A stretch of 64,000 nt of DNA from contig MU058540.1 of NCBI GenBank assembly GCA_013265495.1, positions 581,696 through 645,695 of the forward strand. Direction: 5' to 3'. This document shows, one piece after another, positions 45,357 to 56,729 of the stretch (its first letter is position 1; the number at the start of each line of letters is the position of its first letter). The notes beneath the pieces were generated by a model. The model made no database searches. It was not told where the DNA came from and saw only the letters and a program-made list of their open reading frames with translations. The DNA is from Vicugna vicugna. Taxonomy: Eukaryota. The position numbers were made by a program, and so were the translations under genes.

Positions 45357-45484
45357 TTAGGTACGTGGGCGCGATAAGGCCCGAGCCCAGGCCTTATGCT
45401 TCTCCTCAGGACTCCTGGGGGCAAACTTCTCCTGCAGTTTCTTCCACATGCCTTTATTCATATCCTTAAACTCGTCCAAGGTAT
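45357..45484 (-). CDS. UQCC2: UQCC2 exon 4, coding part
   Basis: ttccacag|AT ACC...ACC TAA on minus strand. Confidence 0.93.
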
Positions 45485-48400
45485 CTGTGGAAAGGGAAGC
45501 CGCCAAAAAAAAAAAAGGACTGAAGTCCAAAATGATTACACAGACTGGCCCCTCGGTATGCCCTGCTTTTCAGTGTGTTACCGAGAAAGGGAGGTGTAGC
45601 CCAACTTCTGACAAGCACTTCAGGTAGGGTCACAGATAACTTCGGGTGTGGATGAGCACTCACGTACCAGGACCGTGCAGAGCGCACTGCGTCCTTGCAG
45701 CAGCCTCTGTGCACATCCAGCATCTAAACAGGGCCCTTTCCGCCTGGCTCCACCTGAGGGGGCAAACAAATGTGCTACACAACCCACAGGCCGAGGTGTT
45801 TATCTCTGAACTTGGCCCGTGTCACAGACTTTACTATTTCCATTTTTCAGATGTGGAAGCTGAGGCCAAGGGAGGTTAAGGAACTGGACCAGGTTACACA
45901 GCTGGAAAGTGGTGGAGCTGGGAGCTGAACCCAGGCAGAGTTGAGCAAGCACCAGGGAGGGAGATGGACCTGGGCCCCAATCCCCACCCATCATTCCCCC
46001 ACTGGGTCCTCTCAAGCAAATTAGTTAACCCTCTGAGCCTCAGGTGCCTCATCTGTAAAGTGGAGATTAAAAGGCATAACTTTTGAGGCAAATGTTTTTA
46101 AGGAAATAATGGAGGTAACATGCCTGGCACCTGGCCCACACTTGAGCAAAAGTAGCCAGCTACACAGGTGTGAAGGCGGCAGGAGCTGGTGGGAGCCAGT
46201 GGGCCCCTGTTCAGAAACATACACACCTCGCCCCTCCTACCGCTTCTCAGTCTCAGCACCACTGATACTTGGGGCCAGATAACTCCTCGTTGGTGGCGCC
46301 GACCTGGGCAGTACAGCAGCAGCACTTTGGCTCTGGCCCCTAGATGTCAGTAGCAAATTGCTCCTCACCCGCCAAGCTGTGACAACTAAAATGGTCTCCA
46401 GACAGTGCCACAAGTCCCCAGGGGGCAAAATTGCCCCTGGTTGAGAACCACTGGTCTTAAGTCTCTCCAGGACTCAAGTTCTATGATACCTAATTTTACT
46501 CGTATTTTAAGCTTAGATTTTCACATAACATTTAAATTTCATAGCCTAAATTTTCACTGTTAATGAAACTTCTGGAGAAAAGCAGCTTTTCTGAAAAAGG
46601 TAACTTAGATTATTTTTTGTTTAATGGAGGTACCAGGGATTGAACCCAGGACCTCGTGCATGCTGAGCACTTGCTCTACCCTCCCCCAACACTATCTATT
46701 AACATTTACTGTCAGTGGGCTTTTGGCTAAATTAGGACATGCACTGTACTCAGCCATGAGCCCAGCATTCCACCCTAGGATTTTTCCAGAAGTCCAGGTT
46801 CCCTTGTGGGGCACAAAATGGGGTGCTGAGGGATCCCTGTCCACTGACAAGCCAAGAGGCCTCTTTCAGGGACTCCCATGACCCCAAGCCAGGGTGGACA
46901 TGCTCAGGACCCAAACTGCGGCCACAATTCAGACTCGTCAGACCATCAAATCCTCTTTACAAACACTGCCAGGTGTTTTCTTGCCCTGTCAGAGGAACCA
47001 TTCAGTAAGCATATTCCACACAGTTACAACAAAAATATGAAGCTTGCTGTGAAAACAGATTATCAATTAATTTCCTGGAGCTGAACTCCCAGCCAGAACA
47101 AGCTGCAGTACAGGCCGACGGTGGGGAGTCCTACATACCCCTCCTTCACTGTGGTCTGTTTTCCCCCAACTCAGGTGTCCCAAGGGTTAAGAGTGCAGAG
47201 GCTGAGCCTCCAGAACTTACTTCCATTAGAATTTCAAGTTCAAACTTGGCTCAAACTCTTTGGGGCCCTCATAATAACACTGCATTGATGCTGGTAATTA
47301 CATGGGCCCAGAAACATGGGGATACATTTACTTATTTATATATGCCGTGTGTGTTATATATGGGGTGTGTGTGTGTGTAAATAAATTGCCAAAAAGTCTG
47401 CCTGGCCAAAATGTCCTTACCCCAATTTTCCACAGAGTACTGTAACAAACATAGAATCAGTCAACACACAATAGCAGGTAAGAGTTTTCTGGAAGCCTGA
47501 CTCCTCAAAACTTAGTCGCTGAAGGCTGCCAGAGGAACAGGAAAGAGAATTTCTAGGATAACAGAAGGAGAATGTTTCAGGGCTATGTCCTCCCAGAAGA
47601 GGTTAGTCTATTTTTATATATGGAATCCTCGGCAATAAAAATAGTAATTTTCCAGGACCTGCCTACTTCAACCCAGTGTCCCCTTGCTGCTGCCCACCAC
47701 GTCCCCCTTCAGTGACAATGGAGCTGGGGAAGTATGGAGGAGATGGGCTAGGCAGGGTATTTCCTTTCTTTAATCAGGGCCCATCAACAACTCCAAAACA
47801 TACCTAGTTAAACCCATATCTAACCCACAGACCACGTCCCCTGGGTCATATAACTCTTAGGTGGATAGCCCCCTATACGTTTATTGAATGGCATTTTGTT
47901 TTAATTAAACTCCTCATTGTTTATAAAGCCCCCTTAGGACCATAAAAATAAAATTATTTTCCTCCCATCCTGATTTCAACTACTTCCATTTGGCAAATAC
48001 ATACTCCCCTGTTCCCTGCTGCCCAGCCTTGAATTTAAAAGCTCCAAAGATGAATTTTCTTTTTTAAAATAATGCCCTTGACCTCCACATTCTATGGCCA
48101 AAAAGCATGAGCCCCGTAGCTTCAGAATTTCCTCTAGGCTATTCCACAAGACTTTCTATCAAGCAAGGCTGTCTTATTAGACAATTCCCCTTGGCCGTTC
48201 AAACTCAAAGACTCATTTGCAAACCAACAAGGGCAGCTGTGCTTTCCATACCTGTGGACAGGATCAGCTTGTACTCTTCCAGGGACAGGCCGCTGAAACT
48301 TGTGTCTCTTGGGCGAGGGTACTGGTCACCCAGGGCAGAGAAGGGAGAGGAAGGGGGAGAGAAGGTTAGTTCTGCAGCACAACCTGAGGCCAGGTGATCC

Positions 48401-49225
48401 CGGAGAGAAGCTGTGCTCTCTAACCGCGGTTCATGGGCCATGGTGTCCACAGGCCACAAGGAAGAGAGCAGCGCCACCTGGAGGCCAAAGACGGCCTCGC
48501 AAGAACCAGTATCATCTGAACAGGCGGCTCCACCTGAATCCTCTGGAAAATGCAGGCTGTGATTCAGAAGTTCTGAGTGGGGCCCGGGATCCTGCATTTC
48601 TAACCAGCTCCCAGGCGGTGTCCACGCTGTGGCTTACAGACCACACTTGAAGTTTCACGGATTTAGAAGAAATCCTTTTTCATATAGGCTAGGCATTTGG
48701 CCATGTGGAGTTAATAAGCACATTTTTGAAGTCTAGGGAAAAAACACACTAAACAGAATTTGACAGCAATCATGTCAGGGCTGAGGGAGAAGCCCAGCTT
48801 TCTCTGACAGGACGTTCCCAGTCACCCCATCTTTATCACCAGAGTGTGGGGAATACCAGTTCCATCAGAGAAGATGGGAATATCTGTAAAATCCAACAGT
48901 TGTCAGGTACAGCCAGAAGCACACATTGGCATAAAAAAATACATGGCTTTTATTCAAAATTGTAAATAGCTTTCATTTAGGTAACCTAAAAGCCTCTACC
49001 AGGTGCTTTTGTTGGCTTGGTTGAAATTACTGGTTACATTTAAGAGTAGCAAAATCACAACTCCTTAGGAAATATAATCAGATTTCACTCATTCTCATTG
49101 GTTGTCTCTAGTCAGAGGGGGCTGGGGATATAAAAGACTGGCCCACTCACCTTGAGTTTGTAATAGTTTGAATGGAGCCGTGCTAAGCTCTCATACATCT
49201 GATCACAGGCCTCAGGCTCTGCAAT
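45357..49225 (-). CDS. UQCC2: Ubiquinol-cytochrome c reductase complex assembly factor 2, spliced CDS, exons 2-4 (exon 1 outside window)
   Basis: Three phase-compatible GT-AG exons: [25 protein letters not shown] / [23 protein letters not shown] / [42 protein letters not shown]. Matches the known ITPR3-UQCC2 tail-to-tail synteny. Confidence 0.95.
45830..45935 (-). mobile_element. MIR SINE (hairpin-capable)
   Basis: catttttcagatgtggaagctgaggcc...aggttacacagct. Confidence 0.8.
46015..46150 (+). mobile_element. MIR SINE
   Basis: ttaaccctctgagcctcaggtgcctcatctgtaaagtgg. Confidence 0.75.
46240..46453. mobile_element. MER20-like hAT DNA transposon fossil
   Basis: ggggccagataa...tgtgacaactaaaatggtctccagaca...gggggcaaaattgcccctggttgagaaccactg. 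Confidence 0.8.
46613..46687 (-). mobile_element. tRNA-derived SINE with A-box deletion
   Basis: Same family; lacks the TAGCTCAGT segment. Confidence 0.85.
48252..48321 (-). CDS. UQCC2: UQCC2 exon 3
   Basis: ccag|TAC...ACA G|gtatgg on minus strand, 70 nt. Confidence 0.93.
48469..48487 (-). promoter_or_regulatory. CTCF-binding motif
   Basis: Minus strand reads TGGCCTCCAGGTGGCGCTG, a near-consensus CTCF core. Confidence 0.6.
48500..48655. mobile_element. MER5A-like hAT DNA transposon fossil
   Basis: aaatgcagg...gattcag...gtggggccc...ctgcatttctaaccagctcccagg...gaccacactt. Confidence 0.65.
49151..49225 (-). CDS. UQCC2: UQCC2 exon 2
   Basis: tttttcag|ATT...AAG|gtgagt on minus strand, 75 nt. 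Confidence 0.93.
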
Positions 49226-52200
49226 CTGAAAAACAAAGAACCCCCCCAAAAGTGAGCAAACAAGCCCTGCCCCCACACTGTACCTGGCAGCTTGTGGAGG
49301 AAGGACCCCACCTGAGTAAGGCTTTCACAGGAAGCAGGCCTGCAGCTAGGCCCTGGCTTCTTTGCTCCATGGGAAGCAACTTGGACTACAGGTCCCACTA
49401 TGAGAAATCACCCCCTTGGAGGAAAAGCTCTACCCCAGCATCTCTCCAGACTGCAGGAAAACTCAATCATCTGGCAAACAAACATTTGCTGAGCACCTGT
49501 GATTTGTGAACCAGCATGCCACCACAGTGGGAGGCACCTCAGTAAAAAGACAACAGTTACGGAAGGAGGGCTAGAGGCAGCGTGGACTACAAGAAGTCAG
49601 AGGAGGGGGAGTTCCCATGTGGTCAGTGGATGGTGGAATTGAGACTAAGCTGGGTTCTGAAGGATGCACAGGAGTTGGGGAGCAGAAGGCAGAGCAGGGA
49701 ACGGGTGGTATGAGCAAGTCAGAGGCAGGGATGCTGTCTATGCCTATGACCAGACCATCTGGCTGAGGACCTGAACATGCAAGTAAAAGAGCCTGAGTGG
49801 GAGAAAAAGAAAGAGCTTTTTGAGTTAAATCTTCAATATGAAATGTATTAAATAAAGGCTCTGATGCAAGGCAAAAAAAAAAATCATCTGAGCTTTCATC
49901 TGTGATAAGTGGGGAGCTGGTGAAATTTTACAAGGAAAGAAAGCCTTTTAGGATGAGATAGGTGAACTGAGGAGAACCAATAGGAAGAGTCCAGTGAGGT
50001 CCTGCTAGGAGGGACAAGGCTCAGAACACAGAAGCCTTACAAACAGAAAGGGGAAAATGAACACCCTAGATGCCCCTGCTGGAAATTTCAGGGAGGATGG
50101 GCAACACGCAGAGGAGAGGTGGTTTTTTCCCCTTCATACCTCTTTTTAGTTCTCCCTCCCTTCTGCCTTTGCTATTATTTAGCTATAGTTCCTTATATGT
50201 TCCTGCCAAGAATTCTGAAAGCACCCCAGAATGAAACTTTCTTTTCAATGTTTTTTCCCAGAATTCAAATGATGGATTTTTCCAACGTAAATCCTTCCTC
50301 GAAGGCAGAGCATAAATCAGTAGTTATGCGTTTTAATGAGGCAGCTCTGCTTTTGCATCTATGTGCTTGTCAAATGAGGCCCCTCACTCTGCAGCAAACA
50401 GAGACAGTCCCATCACTGAGTTCAACTTGATCTGTCCCCGGGTTCAAGTCTCCCATCATGAGAATGCCCAGGTAGCTACACTGGGAAAAGAAAGGGTGAG
50501 GGGCTGAGGAGGTAGCCAGTGTTTGCTGAATAATCAAAGGCATTATTTGAGTGGACTGGGACTGAGGGCTGAAAAGGAAGAATGGATGTAAAAATGTGGC
50601 CAGTGACTGAGTTCTGACTCCCTGTCGGGTGGCGCTTCCAGGGAAAGTCCAGCTGGAAGAGAATTCTGCAGCACACACTTTGTCTTCAGCAGGGCATGCA
50701 AAACTAGGAGCTAACCAGACAACAGAAGAACAGAAAGCATAAAACGCAAAACAAAAAAGAGCCACACTTGTAAAGAATATTATGCAGATTATCAAAAGAT
50801 AATTGTGCATTTCAGCTTTTGCTTGCACTCTTCATATGTGCACAGATGTGTTCACTTATAAATTTAAAAGAGAACCTACAGTGTGCCCGGCCCGTGTCTG
50901 AACAGGTCCTCGTGGCTGTGCACAGCAGTGAAGTCAAACCACCTGTATTTGGATCCCATCACTTACCAGCTCTGGGGTTTGGGGCAAATACTCCATCTCC
51001 CCCTGCCTCCCCATGTTAAAAAAAAAATTGCCATATTTCCTTAACCATTCCCTCATTCTCTGTATCTATATATATATAGATTTTTCTTCTGATCCATTTG
51101 AGAGTAAGTTGGGGCACAATGCCCATCACTCCATAATATTTCAGTATGTTTCCAAGAACAAGGACTTTCTCTTATATAACCACAGTTTGATGACCAAAAT
51201 CAGGACGTTTAACAACACTTGATACAACACTTTTAACTAGTCCTTTGTCCATATTCCAACTCTGTCAATTGTCTCAGTAAGAATCTTTACAAGGGAAAAA
51301 AAAAAAGTCCTTTAGGTCCAGAATCCCCTCCTGCACTACCCTGCACGCTTCTTTCTCCGTGCAGCGGGACCTTCCTCGGCCTTTGTCTTTCAAGCACTGA
51401 AAAGTGCTTTTTTTTGAAGCCTACTGGCCAACTTAACCTGTCTTTTAAAAGATAATAATAGTCCCTATTTCTGAAGGCGATGTGAGGATAAATGAGATAA
51501 TGCCTGGACTGCTCTAAATTTGGGGCCTGGAACACTGACAAATGTGAGGGATTAGTTTGGTTACTATTAGTAGTAGTAAACGGTATAGTAAACAGAGGCC
51601 TTTACCACACAAACTACAGGGGAAAGAGACCAAAGACTTCAGGGACGATCCTCATGATAGTGGAATGAGGGGTGCGTGGAGGGCCCCTGATGCTGCCAGG
51701 GGAGCCAGGAAATTCCTGCTGAGAGTTGTGGTGAGGATGGGTGCAAGTCGCCAGAAGGAATGGGGGCTCTCCAGGCACAGGACCGGCTTACATACCCGTA
51801 CAGGGAGTGGCAGTTAGGACAGGGTATCAGCACTGCTGGTGTGACTGCCAGGGCTGGCTGGAGGCAGGAGTGATGAAGGGACAGAAAATCGCTGAAGCAT
51901 CACTCCATACCTGACCAGACCTCTGGCTCGCACCCCGATGGCTCCCAGAGGTCCCAAGCATTCCATGGAGCTGTGCGGGGATCGCACACCCACCTTGGTC
52001 TCTGCCAAGTGAGCGGCCGTTTGCTGCACCTGTCCTCCACATGATGGCTGCTCCTCCCAACCTTCCCCTCCCACCACCACTGACCACCTTCCTAACCAAG
52101 CTCTTCATCAAAAAAGGCATTCACACTACTGACTCCTCTGAGCCTCTCTCCTGGGCTTCTGCACTGCGACCACCAAGACCCGCATTCCAACCAGATCCTC

Positions 52201-55200
52201 ACCCTCAGAAGTCCTGAGTTCCTCTCCAGCTTCTCCTCCAAGTCTAATGGTGAGAGTTCTGGAGACAGCCTGCTCACCACCTCCTAATGTGCCCTCGGGG
52301 CAGGGGTGGGCAGGGTCTTCTCTTTCTTCCCAGCTCTTTCCACCTCTGACAGAGCCGCAGGGCAGGGAGAGGGAAAGAGAGAGAGGATGGGGTCACCTGA
52401 CAGAGCATTGCTCAAAAACCAAAGTGACCCTGTGGGCTTCCTCAAACTCTCCAAAGTCATCAGTATTAAAGAGACAGTCTCCCAGATACTTCACATAATG
52501 CCTGGAGCTCAATTAATAATCCGAGAAGGAATCAAATACCTAAGCACCTATAAATAACCAATCACCAAAAAATGAATTTGTCACCCAATCTGCCATTTGA
52601 GCTCAGAAGGTGTCTATATGAGGCTGTACAAGTAGCTCAGTGGCGGTGAGGAGTCTGAGCTATGCCAACTTCTAGCCAAGTTATTACTGCCTAAGGAGAG
52701 GAGCCATTGGCCGATTCTGGGTTCCTAGTCACACCCAACCCAAGCTCAGCAATTAGAAAATAGTTGTATTTACTACTTAACAATACATCGGTAGAAACAC
52801 TCGTCTAATTCCAGAAGCCTCACCACACACCTACATCCCACACTTTATTCACAGACACTGGCACAAACATTCCTGAATTTTGGAATATACAGTTTTCCTG
52901 ATGAAGTATACTGTGCACTTTCAGAAATATTCTTATACACAAGCTTTAAATTACCTGATTTTGCATTCATACCTAATGAGATTACAGACATTTTAGGACT
53001 AATAGCAACACTGGGTTTGAAAAAGGCACTGGGATATTATGAAAAATTCAGTTCTGTTCCCTAAATGTGAATAAAATAGATGTTCAACTGACAAAGTGTC
53101 CTTTATGGCTCTATTTTTGCTACTTTTGCATTTCCCCTGCTCAGTTGTCAGTAAATTTCTCTTTACCATATTAAACTTTTATACGTACAAATCTACATCA
53201 CTGCCGCAGGCAATGATTTCGATTTTCAAAATTGAATTTTGGGTGGTGATAGCAATTGGTACAGCGGCCCCTATTCTAGTCACACAAAGGGACACATAAG
53301 CACTTTTGGGAAAGGGTGTAGCAAATTGCTTTGCTAATTAAGGTAGAGCTGGATTCAGTCCAGGCGGATCTATGAAAAAAGGTTTTCATGACTTGGTAAT
53401 GAACTTCTGAAATGAGTTCATTCCATTATGGGAATCTGTTCCCTTGAATTCAATTGAAAATCTATTTCTTGAGCACCTACTATGTAGAGTGCTCTGCTAG
53501 GTGGCTATGAGGTGACAAAGACTCAGCCTCAGCCCCAGAGAAGTTGGTAATCAAGCTGAGACAAGATACACACACATTAAAAATAAAAATTGGCTGAGAG
53601 AGAGTGTAACTGAGTGCCAGAGTTATAAGAGATCAGAGGCAGGGGCTGGTTACCAGGCCTGGCTAACAAGGCAGGTGTGGCAGGGGTCTTGACAGTGACA
53701 GAAGGCAGTGACAGTTCACAGACTGAAAGGGAGCCAGAGTCTCTCACTTTGAGGAGTGTAGACTTCAGAGCTGGACCTGGCTGGAATGGGGATCAAAGGA
53801 GGGACTGGGAAGCAGAGGCATGAAAAGGCAGGGGACAACAACGGTCCAGGCAGGCAGGGTCTTAAGCAGTGTCAAGGAGTGCTTCGAGGCCTGGCGAGGC
53901 CTGGGAAGACACCAGATTCTTGACAAGCTCTGTGTTTGGGCTTTGGTCCACTAGATTCTCAAAGGAGAAGGACCACTGTGGGGTGATCATGATGGTGGGA
54001 TAGAATGATGTGGAGCTCCCCTCCTCCCACAAATACATCAAAAACACATCTACATGTGGAACAATTTTCCAGAATACCCACTGAACGCTGGCAGAAGATC
54101 TCATGCAACCAAAGCTTGCAAGGAAGATTGCCTCATAACTGGGTAGGACGAAAGGAAAAAGAGAATCCAGACAGGATTTGCGTCCCTGGGAGGGAGCTGT
54201 GAAAGGGGAAACGATCCCTTATCCTGGGAACCCCCTTCACTGACAGGGAGGTCTGCTGGGACAAATAGGGAGCTTCAGAGGCACAGAGGAGAGTGCAACA
54301 GTTGGCTTGTGGCAGGCAGGACAGAGAGAGGCCAAACAGATGGTCCTGGCCACTTTGCAGCACTTCCCAGTCCAAGATGTGTGCCTGCTGGTGTGTGCAG
54401 TGGCTGGGTGCTGAAATTTGGGCTTCCCTTCCCGGTGAGAGGACTCGGCTTGGCTGTGCAGAGACAGCCCGAAGGGCCTGGAGTGTGGTCTAGGCCGCAA
54501 CTGGAGGTGTGTGCAGGACAGAGCCCAGGTCTGCCATAGAAATCACGCTGTCAACATGCACGTGAAAGGAGGTGTGGGGCCCTGCCAGAGCAGCCTCATT
54601 CTCGGAGTGCTCACAGTGGGTGCGGCTCCACCACTATGAGCTCTGGGAGCACATAAGCCCAGTGGGTTACCCACACCTGGAGGTGGGGCTGAAATCTGAG
54701 CTGATTCCTGGTAGGTGCACGACTTCAGTGAATTTATGCCAGCGGCAGCATCTGGGGATCATCCAAGCTGATTACTGCCGCTCCCCTAGCTGAGGTGGTC
54801 TGGCGCCAGCAGCAACAGGCTTTGTGGGTGCACACACACAGAAGGAGAGCTGAGATCTGAGCCAATTACCAATATTCCCACAGCAGAGGCAGGGCTAAGG
54901 ACAGTGGCAACAACAGTGTATTCTGTGAGCACACACACCAGGTGACAGGGGACATCACAGAGCACAAACCCAAGTGGACAGCTCCTGGGGAAAAATATAC
55001 AGCGGCTCCTCTCCCAGAAGGAGTGTTTCAATCCTGCCTACCTCACACCGAAGCTTAGAACCAGATCTGGGGGCTTCTGCTCCAACAAATGGGGAGCAGA
55101 CCCTGCCCCTGATAGGACCGTAACAACAGAGCAAAGAGGAGGCCCTGCCCAACATTCACTGCAGGCTCTAGTCACCACATCACCAGTCACACCCCTATCA

Positions 55201-55385
55201 AGGGGATAACGGCCATCACACTCTGAGGAAAGACATGGCAGGCACCCATACCAAATACAGCCCTCGCACCAAAAACATCAGACTCATGCAGGCTACACAC
55301 GGGCGCTCCCACATAAAAACAGCCCTTCAACAGCACAGCAGAAAACTGTTTCCCCTAAATTCACAGTCAGAGTAATATAAGTAAA

Positions 55386-56283
55386 ATGAAGAAGCCAGAG
55401 GAACTACTCCCAATTAAAAGAATAAGAGAAATCCCCTGAAAGAACAAACAATGAAATAGACCTCTCTAGTCTACTAGACCCTGAGTTCAAAGAGGAAGTA
55501 ATAATAATGCTGAAGGAATTAAGAAAGGCTATGGAAAGAAATGCAAATCACTGTAACAAGGAACTAGAAACAAAGAGCCAATCAAAATTAGACAACTCAA
55601 TTGCCAAGATGAAAACCAAGCTAACGGCAATAAATAGCATACTAAATAAAGCAAAAGAACAAATAAGTGATCTGGAAGATGGACTAATGGAAATCACCCA
55701 ATCAGAACAGCAGACAGAAAGACAAATCAAAAAAAAAGAAAAAATGAAAGCAACATACAAAACTTGTGGGGTAATATAAAGTGTGCCAATCTATGCAAAA
55801 TAAGGATCCCAGAAGGAAAAGAAAGAGAAAAGAGGATTGAAAATGTATCTGAAGAAATTATAGCTGAAAACTTCCCAAACCTAAAGAAGGAAAGAGACAT
55901 CCCAAGTACAGGGAGCACCGAGGGTCCCAAACAAGATGAAGCCAAACACACCTACACCGAGACGTATAACTAAAATGGCAAAAAGTAAAGATAATGAGAG
56001 GATTCTAAAGGCAGTAAGAGAAAAACAGAGTTAGTTACAAGGGAACCCCCATAAGGTTATCAGCTGATTTCTCTACAGAAACTTTAAAAGGCCAGAAGGG
56101 AGTGGCAAGATATATTCAAAGTCCTAAAAGGGAAAAACCTACAAACTTGAATGTGCTACCTAGCAAGATTATCATTTAAAATAGAAAAAGAGACAAAGAA
56201 TTTCTCAGATAAGCAAAAACTAAAAGAATATGGCAATACTAAAACTATCTTAAAAGAAATATTGAAAGGTCTTGTGTAACTAG
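55386..56283 (+). pseudogene. L1 ORF1 remnant
   Basis: Fragmented ORF1p-like peptides with stops and frameshifts. Confidence 0.8.
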
Positions 56284-56729
56284 AAAAGAAGCAAGAATGT
56301 ATAGGAAAGGGAAGATCACAATAGGAAAAGCAAATATATAAAAGGACTGTAGATCATTTAAATAAGCCAGAATATAGATTTTTCTTAAAAAAAATTTGTG
56401 AAAGCATTTATAACTACAATGAACAACAAAAGGATAAACATGAAGATGTAAAATAAGACATCAAAATCATAAAATGTGGAGGAGGGGAGTAAGAAAAGTA
56501 GATTTTTTAGAATATGTTTGAGCTTATATGACTAACAGTCTAAAGCAAGTAGATATAGTATACCTGAAAACCACAAATCGAAAACATACAACAGATTCAC
56601 AAAAACCAAAAAGAAGAGAATGCAAGCATAATAGAAAAGAAAACCATCACACCACAAAAACAAAAACAAAAACAAAAACAAAAAGGAACAAAGAAGAAAA
56701 AAAAAATCAACTGGAAAACAAGTTTTAAA

